Notes: generated by a model not told the origin, from the sequence alone. 64,000 bases of DNA from Cyanobacteria bacterium P01_D01_bin.156 (GCA_039024555.1 JBCCQQ010000006.1:94351-158350), one strand, 5' to 3'; shown: positions 1 through 10,001, counted from the first letter of the stretch. A program made the numbers and translations.

Positions 1-147
1 GCGGCGATTGCTGCGATAGTTGCCTATTTTGTTGTAGGGATGTTGCGTTTGGACAAGGCTCTAAAACTCAATCAGCCGCTGTTGCAAGGGGGAGCTGCCC
101 TAACCACGTTTGCTGTTGCCCTAGTTGTTGTTCTTAAAGTGCTTTGA
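1..147 (+). CDS. 3' end of a membrane protein (partial, runs off window start)
   Basis: Frame 1 is open from base 1 to TGA at 145-147: AAIAAIVAYFVVGMLRLDKALKLNQPLLQGGAALTTFAVALVVVLKVL. Two hydrophobic segments; a hairpin follows. Confidence 0.6.
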   Translation, partial: AAIAAIVAYFVVGMLRLDKALKLNQPLLQGGAALTTFAVALVVVLKVL

Positions 148-173
148 AGCTCAGGTGGGTGAACCATCCTAGA

Positions 174-214
174 AGCAACACATCGTAAGACCATGGTTTT
201 ACAGATGTGTTGCT
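174..214. terminator. Hairpin between convergent genes, probable bidirectional terminator
   Basis: AGCAACACATC...GATGTGTTGCT arms with inner GTAAGACCATGGTTTTAC self-pairing. Confidence 0.55.
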
Positions 215-260
215 AGACCGTGCGTCTTCTATAACCAACAATAGTCTCTTAGTTTTGTGA

Positions 261-1607
261 TTAGGCGGTTTTGCTGCTCATCCGCTTTAGACAGGTTTTT
301 CGACTCCAAACATAGGCCCCAGTACCCACCAATAGATTAGCAACTGATGCGGCTATAAAAATCCCCAAGGGACCAGCGATACGTCCCCCTAGATAGGCCA
401 TGGGAATGTAGCAGCCCATCATATGGGTTGCCGTTAGGGTAATGGACGGTATGGGTTTTCCCATAGCATTAAAGGCAGAACTCGTTATCTGCATCAGCCC
501 GGCTGTTCCATAGCTAATGGGTACTAACCATAGATACCGGGAGGCAATGGTCACCACGGCAGGATCGGGATTAAAGAGTGCGGCTAAAAATGGAGCCCCC
601 AACCCCAGCACAATAGCCATTGTCAGTCCCCACCCCAAGCAAAACCGATAGCCCTGACTCAAGGCCTGACGCACCCGCTCAATTTTTTGCGCTCCCCAGT
701 TTTGCCCCACAAAAGGTCCCATACTGGAGGCGAGGGCCATAGTCGCAATAAGCGCTAAGGATTCCACCCGTGAAGCTAGACCAAACCCTGCCACTGCTGC
801 AGCCCCGTGCACCGCTAAAAAGCTGGTAATAACGCCAATGGACATGGGGGTAATCATACTGGCAGCAGCAGCAGGCAGGCCCACAGTCAAAATGTCTCGC
901 CAACACCAAAGGGTTTCCTGCAGGTCAGGAATTTGGGTGGATAGCAGATTCTCTTTAAAGCGCAACACTAACAACGCTGCCACTAGGGAAATAGCCCGAG
1001 CGATCACCGTTGCTAGGGCTGCTCCCTGTAGTTCTAACCGAGGAAATCCGAGGGCACCGTTAATCAACAGTGGGTCTAGCACGATGTTAGTTCCTGCTGC
1101 CACTGTCATGATAATGCTGGGAGTGAGGGTGTTACCCGCCGCTCGGATAGCGCTATTCCCCACCATGGGAACGACCAAGAACACAATACCAAAGTACCAA
1201 ATTCGCATATATTCGCGAATAAAAGGCAAAGTATCAGGGCCTGCCCCCAATGCCTTAAATAAGGGGTCGATGGTAAATAAACCGACGGTAGCAAACAAAA
1301 AGACTGCCGTTAATGCCAGGGTAAGGCTGTTAGTGGTGAATCGTTGTACCCGCCGCATGTCCCCTTCACCAATGGCCCTGGCAATGACCGATGTGGCCCC
1401 AACGCCTAGCCCAAAGGCTAGATTTCCCAGGGTTAAAACCACTGGAAACGTAAAGCTCATGGCGGCTAATTGTGCGGTGCCCAGCTGTCCTACAAAGTAA
1501 GTGTCTACCAAGTTAAAGGCAATCAAGGCAAAAAGACCCCACACCATGGGCAGGGTGAGCTTTACCAGTTGAGAACCCACAGGACCTTCGGTCAAGTCAC
1601 GTTGCAT
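261..1607 (-). CDS. MATE family efflux transporter
   Basis: 448 aa, about 12 TM segments; MATE motifs DLTEGPV, NLVDTYFVGQLG, NIVLDPLLI, GAALATVIA. Confidence 0.93.
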   Translation of the reverse strand: MQRDLTEGPVGSQLVKLTLPMVWGLFALIAFNLVDTYFVGQLGTAQLAAMSFTFPVVLTLGNLAFGLGVGATSVIARAIGEGDMRRVQRFTTNSLTLALTAVFLFATVGLFTIDPLFKALGAGPDTLPFIREYMRIWYFGIVFLVVPMVGNSAIRAAGNTLTPSIIMTVAAGTNIVLDPLLINGALGFPRLELQGAALATVIARAISLVAALLVLRFKENLLSTQIPDLQETLWCWRDILTVGLPAAAASMITPMSIGVITSFLAVHGAAAVAGFGLASRVESLALIATMALASSMGPFVGQNWGAQKIERVRQALSQGYRFCLGWGLTMAIVLGLGAPFLAALFNPDPAVVTIASRYLWLVPISYGTAGLMQITSSAFNAMGKPIPSITLTATHMMGCYIPMAYLGGRIAGPLGIFIAASVANLLVGTGAYVWSRKTCLKRMSSKTA

Positions 1608-1709
1608 AAAGTAGTAGCATTAGCGTTTCTGCCTCAATTTACCTCGTTTAGGCATGGTTCAGCTGTTACCAGTGCAGCGGAATTCTCAGGGCACTACTAA
1701 ATTCAGAAA

Positions 1710-3134
1710 CTAGAGAACAACGTCACTAAGATCAACGGTGTAATGACCAATGAGAGTAATCCGCTCATAGGACATGAGATAAATGTGGAGAAGATTTTGA
1801 TTTTGATTATCGCGATGCATTACTAGCCCGTTGATGCCAATGTCTTTACGATAATCAATTACCTGATTTTTGCTGTCCAGTAATACTGCAAAAAATGGAC
1901 TCTCATCAGGGCGATTTTGTTCTAGCTCTGAATAGTCTTGAGTAAACGGGGTGCCAAAGCCCAGGGGCATGTATACACCGTCAGAGTAATCCTGAGGTTG
2001 TAACTGAGGCACCTGTGCCAAATCGATACCACTCACAACAAACTGACGTAGCTCACCCTCTGCATTAGCAAAGTTTAACTGTACTTCTGTTAGGGACTTT
2101 TCAGCTAAAGGAGAAACTATCTGGCGTGCCGTAGCCTGGGTAACTTCGGTCAGTTGGCTAAAGTCAGATTTCCAAAGATGCCGAGGGGCATAAATTCCAG
2201 GTGGCACAAAACTTTGAAACGCCAGGGCTGTCTGTCTTAGCTCTTCCCATGTACGAATCCTGCTGTTTTCCCCATTTGGATTAAAAATTAAACCTGCTTT
2301 AGACTCTTGTTCCCTAGCGATCAAAATCTCCTCTGATTTTAGGTCGTCTACAGGGACAATTTGTTCTGATTCTACGGTTCTCAGGTTAGATAAACTAAAT
2401 TTTAGCCCTGACAGAAATCTAAAGCCAGGCCAAGCTTCCATAGTACGGGCCTGTTGCCAATAGCGAGTTGGATTAAGCTGGTGGACTAAATCAGCGTAAG
2501 CTCGCCGAGAAAATGTAAAGTATCCTTGATAAATTTTCTCGTTACCTGTTTCTGTTTGGGCGTAAACTGCCAGTTCCCAATAGCCAGCCCCGAGACAGTT
2601 GTTTGTCAGTGCAATAGAAATGTCCTCAAGGGCATAATTTCCCAGGCCTGTAGGTAATTGAATGTGAGATGAACCGGTCTCAAAGATAACCCGCTGACGA
2701 TTAAACTCGCGCTCTGTCAAAAACCATTGGGTTAATGCCTCATTATCCCTAGCCATTGTTGGCACTGTAGGAATCATCAGACTTAAATCAATATCTTGTA
2801 GTCTGAGTTTAGTGGTTGTATCCCCATGGTTGAGAGTAAAGTCGACATTAAACTGATAATTTTCGATTTGTTCAAAAGTAATATCTTCTCCAACCCAACT
2901 ATGTCCCTCAATGGCTTCGGTCTCTAGAGGAAGTTCAGCTAAGCTGGATTGTCCATATCGTTGATAAACTACGCCTGTTGCTGTGCCTACGAATGCTAGA
3001 GCTGTTAAACCAATCCCCCATTTGCGTAGCTTAGCCCAGGAGGCTGGAGTTAATGACATTCTATTGAGAAATTCATTAACCTCAGGATTGAGGATTGGAT
3101 TCGTCTTTTTTAGAGGTGGCTGAAGCTGCTGCAT
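1710..3134 (-). CDS. Hypothetical exported or membrane-anchored protein
   Basis: 474-aa ORF with GGAG upstream; one N-terminal hydrophobic segment (WGIGLTALAFVGTATGVVY) then a soluble domain with no motif I recognise. Confidence 0.8.
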   Translation of the reverse strand: MQQLQPPLKKTNPILNPEVNEFLNRMSLTPASWAKLRKWGIGLTALAFVGTATGVVYQRYGQSSLAELPLETEAIEGHSWVGEDITFEQIENYQFNVDFTLNHGDTTTKLRLQDIDLSLMIPTVPTMARDNEALTQWFLTEREFNRQRVIFETGSSHIQLPTGLGNYALEDISIALTNNCLGAGYWELAVYAQTETGNEKIYQGYFTFSRRAYADLVHQLNPTRYWQQARTMEAWPGFRFLSGLKFSLSNLRTVESEQIVPVDDLKSEEILIAREQESKAGLIFNPNGENSRIRTWEELRQTALAFQSFVPPGIYAPRHLWKSDFSQLTEVTQATARQIVSPLAEKSLTEVQLNFANAEGELRQFVVSGIDLAQVPQLQPQDYSDGVYMPLGFGTPFTQDYSELEQNRPDESPFFAVLLDSKNQVIDYRKDIGINGLVMHRDNQNQNLLHIYLMSYERITLIGHYTVDLSDVVL

Positions 3135-3546
3135 AGGTAGATTCTCCGTCTTAGCGCGTCGTTCTGGTGTTGTATCTATACACAGGGATCGCTATCCCTA
3201 AAGTGCGCTTTGTTGCCCCGAAAATTAGTAATCTTTCGTAAAGCTTCTGTGAATTAGCCTACGATTTTTGAACTTATGGTTTTGCGTGAATATTCGCTTG
3301 TTTAGCTTGTTTCTGTATGTAGTAGGTAATGTGTTTTGTCCATAGCAGAAAGCGATTTAGCTTAAAAAGCTAAGCATGTAGAACGCCTTAAGGCACGGCA
3401 TATTTGTTTGAGTTGTTGTGCCTACGGTACTCTGTAAATTCCCTAGGGTTACGTTTGACCCGTACATAGCTACTACTATCTGAAGCCTTTAAAGATCGCC
3501 TATGGCCTGAACTATAGCGCCTCGCTCTATTTACACACTTAATGAA

Positions 3547-3595
3547 AGTCCCTGGTCAACGTTAGGTATTGAATACCTAACGTTGACCAGGGACT
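3547..3595. terminator. Perfect 24-bp inverted repeat downstream of the flotillin operon
   Basis: AGTCCCTGGTCAACGTTAGGTATT-G-AATACCTAACGTTGACCAGGGACT. Confidence 0.65.
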
Positions 3596-3636
3596 CTATT
3601 TCAAAAAATGTTATCTAAGTATTAGTGGCCTCCGCC

Positions 3637-4866
3637 CTACGGCGTTTTAGTAAGGTTGTTTACAGCATTGGCAATGTCTAGACCGGTACTTTGCTTTAGC
3701 TGTTCTATAATTGCGATCGCTTGTTTCGCAGTCCCACTATTTTGACCATCAATCATAGTCAAGTTTTGCACCTCCACATCGGGCACTGTAGCACTCAGTG
3801 TTTTCAGTAACATTTCCAGCTTTTGCAACAAGAAAATGTCCCGTGCATTCTCACCGGCTGCTCGCCAAGATGCTGCCAGTTGTTTAGTACCCTCGGCCTG
3901 GGCCTTGCCATCCTCGATAATTTGAGCCGCATCCCCTTTGGCCTCTGCCATAGCCCGTTTACAGTTCGCTTCAGCGGGCGCGATGACATCTGCCTTGAGC
4001 TGTTCAGTTACCTGTTTAATTCGTTCCTGCTGTACCGGTATTTCTGCCTGGATGCGTACCAATTCAGAGGCAATTTCTGCTTCCACTTCAGCAACAACGG
4101 CACCACGCTTAGTCAGCGCATCCTGAATGCGCCTCTCGGCTTCGGCTTCTGCAATGCCAGTGTCTCGCCCAATTCGACGCACAGAAGTGATTTTTTCATT
4201 TTCTGCTGTTTGAATTGCAGAAGCTGATTGGGCTTTAGCTTCTGCAATGCGAGCATCCCGCTGTAGTTGGGCCTGCTGTTTACGCCCGATAGAATCTAGG
4301 TAGCGCACATTGTCAGAAATGTTCTGAATCTGTAATGTGTCTAGAACTAGACCTAGCTTTTCAAGATCCTCTTCTGCTTCATCTAAGAGGCTTTTTGCAA
4401 AGGCGATTTTATCTTCATTTACCTGCTCCGGTGTCAAGCTGGCAAGAACTCCGCGTAGATTGCCCTCTAGAGTCTCTTTAGCAATCTTTTCAATCTCTTT
4501 TCGACTCTTGCCTAATAGTCTTTCAATAGCGTTGTGAATGGCAGGTTCCTCACCAGCTACCTTAATGTTGGCAACGCCATCTACCTGTAATGGAATTCCC
4601 CCTTTGGAGTAAGCGTTGGTCACCTTGAGTTCAATAATCATGTTGGTGAGATCCATGCGCATTGCTCTCTCCAAGAGGGGTTTACGAATACTGCTACCGC
4701 CTTTTACCAGGCGGTAGCCCACATTTTTTTGCCCCAGACGTTGTTGACCTCCAGCAAAAATTAGCACTTCATTGGGCTGACAGATATAGTACAGATTTCG
4801 AATAATCAGGGAGATAACTCCAGAACCACCCCCGAGAATCAGTAGTAAAAGAATGAGAACTGGCAT
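3637..4866 (-). CDS. Flotillin (SPFH domain) family protein
   Basis: N-terminal TM, SPFH core (SKGGIPLQVDGVANIKV, ETLEGNLRGVLA), AE-rich coiled coil. Start moved to MPVLIL (ATG at 4866) with GGAGGG RBS. Confidence 0.92.
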   Translation of the reverse strand: MPVLILLLLILGGGSGVISLIIRNLYYICQPNEVLIFAGGQQRLGQKNVGYRLVKGGSSIRKPLLERAMRMDLTNMIIELKVTNAYSKGGIPLQVDGVANIKVAGEEPAIHNAIERLLGKSRKEIEKIAKETLEGNLRGVLASLTPEQVNEDKIAFAKSLLDEAEEDLEKLGLVLDTLQIQNISDNVRYLDSIGRKQQAQLQRDARIAEAKAQSASAIQTAENEKITSVRRIGRDTGIAEAEAERRIQDALTKRGAVVAEVEAEIASELVRIQAEIPVQQERIKQVTEQLKADVIAPAEANCKRAMAEAKGDAAQIIEDGKAQAEGTKQLAASWRAAGENARDIFLLQKLEMLLKTLSATVPDVEVQNLTMIDGQNSGTAKQAIAIIEQLKQSTGLDIANAVNNLTKTP

Positions 4867-4957
4867 TAGTATGTGCCCTCCAAAAGGTTGCAAATCATGC
4901 GATAGGTTATTCCAGATCCACCGACAACAATAATCAGAAGAAAGAGTACCCCTGGCA

Positions 4958-6394
4958 TTAGTCGTTATCCTCCACCAGCACCTCAATAGCAGGTGCTGGT
5001 CGAAAGTCTAAGCTTTGGTGTAGAGTGCCGGTCACATCAATGCCTAAAGTATCGTCTACTTGTTGTAGGAACTGTTTCACTACATCGGGATAAACACTTA
5101 CAAGACTGGCAATAGATTGGCCATCACCGTTATCGATCACGTTGACATTCTTCAAATGAATGCGACCAGGAATTTTAGCCGCTTCCCGCAGCACCATATC
5201 AATTTGCTGAATCAAAAAGACTTGAGTCGCATCTCTACCTGTTTCCGCCCAGACTTCTGCGAGCATGTCATTCACTAGAGCTGCAGCCTTTGCATTTTCT
5301 TCTAGAGCAGCGGCTTGGCCCTTTGCATGCAATTCCTGGGCCTGTTTGGCTGCTTGGGCTGGCAACACCTCATCGGCCTGTAGACGAAGGCGTTCTAGCT
5401 CTGCCCGTACGGTTTGTAGCTGTTGTTCTGCCCGAGCTCGAGCTTCCTTAGCGGCGGCTGTAGTGCGTTCCTCTTCAGATTTAGCCCGTTCTTCCAGTTC
5501 GGCCTTAATTTTTCGTAGCTCATTTTGTTTTTGTTGCACGACTGTTAGAGCTTGGGTCTTGGCTACTGCTGCCTGTTTTTGACAGTCCGCTTCAATGCGA
5601 TCTGCTTCACCAATGGCTTCGGCTTCGGCAATTTCTGCATCGCGAATGATGTTAGCAATCTGACGACGGCCAATGGAGCTTAGATAGTCTGCATCGTCAG
5701 TCACACTTTGAATTTTTAAGGTGTCCAAATGCAAACCCAGCTTGGCTAGATCTTTGGCCACATCAGCGGCAATGCGCTCAGCAAAGTTTAAGCGGTCTTC
5801 GTTTACCTGTTCTGGGGTGAGCAGCGCCACGACACCACGCAAATTGCCTTCTAATGTTTCTCGCACCACGCGGCGAATTTCGGAACGATTGCGTCCTAGA
5901 AAACGCTCAATGGCATTACCAACAACGCTACGGTTACTGGAAATTTTTACATTGGCAATAGCTTGAATATTGAGCGGTGTTCCCCCTTTAGCATAGGAAT
6001 TTGTAACCTCAACGGGAATGGGCATGGTGGTCATGTCCATGCTCTGTACTCGCTCAATAATGGGGATAACCAGGGTACGGCCACCAAAAACTACGCGATA
6101 GCCGACAGACTGCCCTCGGTTGTTTTTGTATTTACGACCCGAGATAATTAAAATTTGGTTGGGGTTACAAATACGGAGACAGGTTTTTAACAGAACAATC
6201 AGGGCACCAACGCCCACCAAACCTAAAACTAAAGCACTACCTCCGATAAAGGCACCAATTTGTGCTGTATTTTGACTGGCTTGGCTCAAAGGAATAGCTT
6301 GGGCAATTTCGTAGTTAACAACCTGTGTGGTTTCGGTCTTATTGGTTTGGGCCAGTGACGTTTGCCCCAACGATGAGAAGGGAGTGTGTGTCAT
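4958..6394 (-). CDS. Flotillin (SPFH domain) family protein, second paralog
   Basis: AKGGTPLNIQAIANVKI, ETLEGNLRGVVA, EAEA coiled coil. Start moved to MTHTPF (6394); start uncertain. Confidence 0.92.
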   Translation of the reverse strand: MTHTPFSSLGQTSLAQTNKTETTQVVNYEIAQAIPLSQASQNTAQIGAFIGGSALVLGLVGVGALIVLLKTCLRICNPNQILIISGRKYKNNRGQSVGYRVVFGGRTLVIPIIERVQSMDMTTMPIPVEVTNSYAKGGTPLNIQAIANVKISSNRSVVGNAIERFLGRNRSEIRRVVRETLEGNLRGVVALLTPEQVNEDRLNFAERIAADVAKDLAKLGLHLDTLKIQSVTDDADYLSSIGRRQIANIIRDAEIAEAEAIGEADRIEADCQKQAAVAKTQALTVVQQKQNELRKIKAELEERAKSEEERTTAAAKEARARAEQQLQTVRAELERLRLQADEVLPAQAAKQAQELHAKGQAAALEENAKAAALVNDMLAEVWAETGRDATQVFLIQQIDMVLREAAKIPGRIHLKNVNVIDNGDGQSIASLVSVYPDVVKQFLQQVDDTLGIDVTGTLHQSLDFRPAPAIEVLVEDND

Positions 6395-6446
6395 GGTACG
6401 AATTAAAAGAGTATAAAGTAGTGTTGCTAATTGATAACAGTGCAGT

Positions 6447-7139
6447 TTAGGTATGGGCGGCGTTTTCGTTTGAGACAACCCAAAGACGGTTGTTATCGAC
6501 GTTGACAACAAGGACTTTGTCCCCCGGAACAAAGTCCTTGTTGTCGTCTGTGAGGGCCATCATGTGCAGCACACTGCCGCGTATTTCTAGCCGCACTTTG
6601 CCTTTACTTTGAGCATCAAAAGGCAGTTCTACAATGCCTAAACGTCCAGCAAAATCTTCGGTACGAATTAGGCTATCAGCGTGTCGGCGGGCTAAGTGGC
6701 GTAGGGCAATGGCCAACGTCCCCCCTAGCAAAGTGCCCATCATAAGCGCCGTAATAAATACGACCAACGATGACAAGTTAGGCTCTACCCAGCCGAGACT
6801 CAGGCCCGTAATCCCAAAGAAAAATCCGCCTACGGTCCAGAATTTGAAACTAGTGAGGATATTGAGGCTAAAGGTGTAGACTCCTTTAACTTTTTGTAAA
6901 AGCTGGAGGTCGGTATCTATTTCCGCGTCAAAGCCAGCATCTGGAGCAATATCAGGTGTGTCGCCATCTAGGGCCAGATCACCGTCTAGCTCTAAATCGG
7001 CATCCAGGTCCAGATCGGCGTCTAGATCAGCATCAAAGTCAGCACCAGCATCAAAGTCGGCATCACCTGCGCCGCCCAAAGTGGCGATCGCAACAAATAT
7101 GCCACCGATCACAAAACAAAACCAATAAACTGACTGCAC
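6447..7139 (-). CDS. NfeD-like (YuaF/YqiJ-type) flotillin partner protein
   Basis: GTG start with AAGGAG RBS; TM, Asp-rich DAD/DLD linker, TMs, C-terminal OB-like domain (GKVRLEIRG...GDKVLVV); directly upstream of flotillins. Confidence 0.85.
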   Translation of the reverse strand: MQSVYWFCFVIGGIFVAIATLGGAGDADFDAGADFDADLDADLDLDADLELDGDLALDGDTPDIAPDAGFDAEIDTDLQLLQKVKGVYTFSLNILTSFKFWTVGGFFFGITGLSLGWVEPNLSSLVVFITALMMGTLLGGTLAIALRHLARRHADSLIRTEDFAGRLGIVELPFDAQSKGKVRLEIRGSVLHMMALTDDNKDFVPGDKVLVVNVDNNRLWVVSNENAAHT

Positions 7140-7253
7140 GGTATCTCCTTAGGGTGTTATTCCCTAGTGATATCTAGATACAGTGTGTGACCTCAAAATT
7201 TCTGATATCTCTTAAAGATTCTGGTTTTTAGTTTGGTGTCACAACCTGCCCTG

Positions 7254-7344
7254 ATCGTTGCTGATTGGAAGAATGAACTGAGGTGCTTACAAGGCTATTT
7301 AGCGGTATTGCTTGAATAAAAGCACCCCGAAGATCGGCAATGTC
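7254..7344. mobile_element. 91-bp MITE-like element, copy 1
   Basis: Degenerate TIRs ATCGTTGCTGATTGGAAGAATGA / GCACCCCGAAGATCGGCAATGTC; similar ends and 90-91 bp length shared with 41548-41638, 55989-56079 and 61525-61614. Confidence 0.55.
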
Positions 7345-7373
7345 CTGATCTTTTTAGTTTGTTAAGCGCTCAT

Positions 7374-7401
7374 AAAAAAAGGCACTCCAAATAGAGTGCC
7401 T
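7374..7401 (-). terminator. Intrinsic terminator of nrdJ
   Basis: AGGCACTC/GAGTGCCT stem followed by a T run on the minus strand. Confidence 0.8.
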
Positions 7402-7472
7402 GTCGCTTATCTTCTACTAAACATGTCTCTATTCAGCGGAAGGTTTGATTCACAAGGAGAACGATGAACCAG

Positions 7473-9650
7473 TTAGTTCGGTTTCTTCTCTGGCAGTAAA
7501 CACTTATCCGAATCACAGCCAGCAGGCCCCGCTTCAATTAGCTCACCAGCATCGTAGCGCTCCAGGGCCAAATGAAAGTTCTCAGTGGAGCGCCGAGCCA
7601 AAACCTCGTTACATAACTCATCAAATCGAGCTTTATCAATGGGCTCAAAAGGCAGACGAGGGAATGTTTGTAGGTCATCAAATCGAGCCAACAAAGCTGA
7701 AGAAATGTATCCTTCATCGTTCTCTACGGCCTGATGGATACGCTGGGCCAGGGGCTCAATTTCGTTTTCACGAAACTCAATTGTGGCAGAAGTGTTGTGG
7801 GCCGTGTAGTTGCTTTGTACCTGCATGTAGAAATCAAACTGGGCCAGCGCCGAGAATTTTTCAATGGCCACCTCGTCAGCACCCGGCAGATTTGCCCAGG
7901 GAACTTCCACAGGCATTTCCACCAACCATTCAGTACAGCGAGGGTCAAACGGATCGTTTAGCAGATTACCGTTTTCATCCTTGTCAGATTGGGAAGGGAC
8001 TACTGAGTAACCATAGTCAATGCAGGCCAATGCGACTGGGTCATCCTTACGGAAGGTAATACGACGAATAAATCGCTGAGATTTGGGAGGATGCCAACCG
8101 GAGGATGCACCACTCAGCAGACTCTTGGTTCCGGCAGGCTGCACAGTTGTACAGCGGTTAGGACGCTTAATGCCATGGCGATCGCAATAGTCCCAAACAG
8201 TTTCATGGACAATGGCTTTCCATCGGCTTAGGTACTCCTTTTCCTTGGCCTTAAAGTCCAGACCCTGCATGGTGTTGGGGCGACCCGCTTCCCACCACTT
8301 GAGCCAGTCTACGCCAAATGCCTTAACAAAAAAGTCAAACAGTCCGGTAAATGAGACACCCACAATGGGATCCTCTAGACGGGACTTCTGGTAACGTGCC
8401 TCAATAAACTGATGGTTGAGTAGAGCCGCCACTGCGATCGCACCAGCTCGAAACGCATCTTCCTGATCCTGCAGATTCTTTGGATCGATTTGATTCAGAT
8501 GGATTTCTGCTAAGTTGCAGTGAAAATTTTGTCCAATAATTTCACCGCAGGGATTTAGACCATAGCGCCCTTCACCTTGGGCACGACGCTCAGCCTCACC
8601 AGCCCATTGGATAGCCCCTTCACCCGAGTAAAACTGCTTGCGTACTGCAGTGGTCATTTCCTCCAAGGAAGGCTTGGTATGAAACACTCGGGTATGGTTA
8701 GCCATACGTAACGCATCCCGTTCTGGGTCAATTCGCCAGTTACCCTCAGCATCTTGCTGCCACAAGTTGTCCTTAGCCATGGTGGCAAGCTCATCGTGGC
8801 TATCAAACTGGCGCATGCCTGCGGAGCGCCGAATATTTCCAGCGACTACGCAAGCAGCAGCCTCATCAATCAGTAGACAGCACTCTAAAGAATTAAGCTT
8901 GCGACCGATGGCCTTGTTCAAAATATTGGCGCAGCGCTCATACAAATCAGGGAGTTTCACAGGGTTTGCCATACCCCCAAAGCCCTTTAACTTTTCTCCA
9001 GCAGGGCGAATGTCGCTGAGATCAACGATTACGTTTAAATCACCTGTAAAAGCCTCATCGCTGGAAAGTTCTAAAATCTTCTGATACGACTTGACCCAAC
9101 CGTTGCGGCTATCGCCCACATAAACCGTTACCTGGTTGCCATCTATGGCAATTTCCGTTTCCTCCCGTCGTTGGGCTACGGGCGTGGCACCCACTGCGCC
9201 AGCCATGGTAACAGTGAGGCGATTACAAATGGCAGGTAGCTGGTTGATGTACTTGGGCTCTAGCACTGCGCCTGTACCGCAGCCCATCATGGCTAGATCC
9301 ATCATCAAGCCAAAGGCGCGCCAATCTACCACATTGGTACTAGTGCAGTTGTAAGCGCCGGAAAAGTTCTTTTGCTGTTTGCTCCACTCGGTACCACCGA
9401 CCCAGAGCCAGCGACCGGAGGGGAGTGCCTTTAACTCCCGCTGCATGCGCTGTACCAAGGCTTTTTCATCGATGGTCAGCTGGCCCAATTCCATAAGGCC
9501 GCCTAGGGTGCGATCGCACACATCTTCCCAAGACTCTCGACCACCATCATCTAAACGACGGCTGTAGGTGCGATAAAAAACCGGATAGGCCGCTGGTGCA
9601 GCTTCAGGGAAAGGCGTTTTTGTCCGTAGCCGTTCTAACTCTTGAACCAT
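7473..9650 (-). CDS. nrdJ: Adenosylcobalamin-dependent (class II) ribonucleotide reductase
   Basis: PSGRWLWVGG, YNCTS, GLNPCGEI active-site loop, TTVQPAGT, C-terminal GPAGCDSDKC; no intein. Confidence 0.97.
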   Translation of the reverse strand: MVQELERLRTKTPFPEAAPAAYPVFYRTYSRRLDDGGRESWEDVCDRTLGGLMELGQLTIDEKALVQRMQRELKALPSGRWLWVGGTEWSKQQKNFSGAYNCTSTNVVDWRAFGLMMDLAMMGCGTGAVLEPKYINQLPAICNRLTVTMAGAVGATPVAQRREETEIAIDGNQVTVYVGDSRNGWVKSYQKILELSSDEAFTGDLNVIVDLSDIRPAGEKLKGFGGMANPVKLPDLYERCANILNKAIGRKLNSLECCLLIDEAAACVVAGNIRRSAGMRQFDSHDELATMAKDNLWQQDAEGNWRIDPERDALRMANHTRVFHTKPSLEEMTTAVRKQFYSGEGAIQWAGEAERRAQGEGRYGLNPCGEIIGQNFHCNLAEIHLNQIDPKNLQDQEDAFRAGAIAVAALLNHQFIEARYQKSRLEDPIVGVSFTGLFDFFVKAFGVDWLKWWEAGRPNTMQGLDFKAKEKEYLSRWKAIVHETVWDYCDRHGIKRPNRCTTVQPAGTKSLLSGASSGWHPPKSQRFIRRITFRKDDPVALACIDYGYSVVPSQSDKDENGNLLNDPFDPRCTEWLVEMPVEVPWANLPGADEVAIEKFSALAQFDFYMQVQSNYTAHNTSATIEFRENEIEPLAQRIHQAVENDEGYISSALLARFDDLQTFPRLPFEPIDKARFDELCNEVLARRSTENFHLALERYDAGELIEAGPAGCDSDKCLLPEKKPN

Positions 9651-9912
9651 TCGTTCGAGCTTCCTTGCGAATTTAGGGGGTTAAGTGGTGTGCAATCATT
9701 GCCGAATGCGTTCAGCTCATGACCGCTAACGAGGCTTTAAGGAATTACCTTGGACCATGCGCGCGAAGCCAAAATTACTCCCGCTGAATGAAAGAATGAA
9801 CCAATATGCAAACCATGCCACGAAGCACAATCTTGCAGATGAAATCATGTCCTGGAGCAGAGCAGCTACTGAATTTCACCATTCATACCTTTGGAATATT
9901 CCAAACGCAAAT

Positions 9913-9928
9913 GCGCCACATATAGCGT
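9913..9928. promoter_or_regulatory. Candidate NrdR box
   Basis: GCGCCACATATAGCGT versus consensus acaCwAtATaTwGtgt; upstream of nrdJ. Confidence 0.5.
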
Positions 9929-10001
9929 TAGCAATAGTCGCAATAATCGTTAACACTCTAAATGTGCTTTGCACATGGAAATAAAGACTAGCATCACCAA
10001 C

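Noticed and set aside
838..8059. Long antisense ORFs such as 838-1500 and 7445-8059
   Set aside because: They fully overlap well-supported genes on the opposite strand and have no motifs of their own.
7473..9650. Intein or intron in nrdJ
   Set aside because: The ORF is continuous through NPCGEI and QPAGT, with no intein motifs.
9757..9984. 75-aa plus-strand ORF
   Set aside because: Lies antisense in the nrdJ regulatory region over an NrdR-like box; no recognisable motif.
9651..10000. Cobalamin riboswitch upstream of nrdJ
   Set aside because: No recognisable B12-box on the minus strand; an Infernal scan is needed to exclude it fully.
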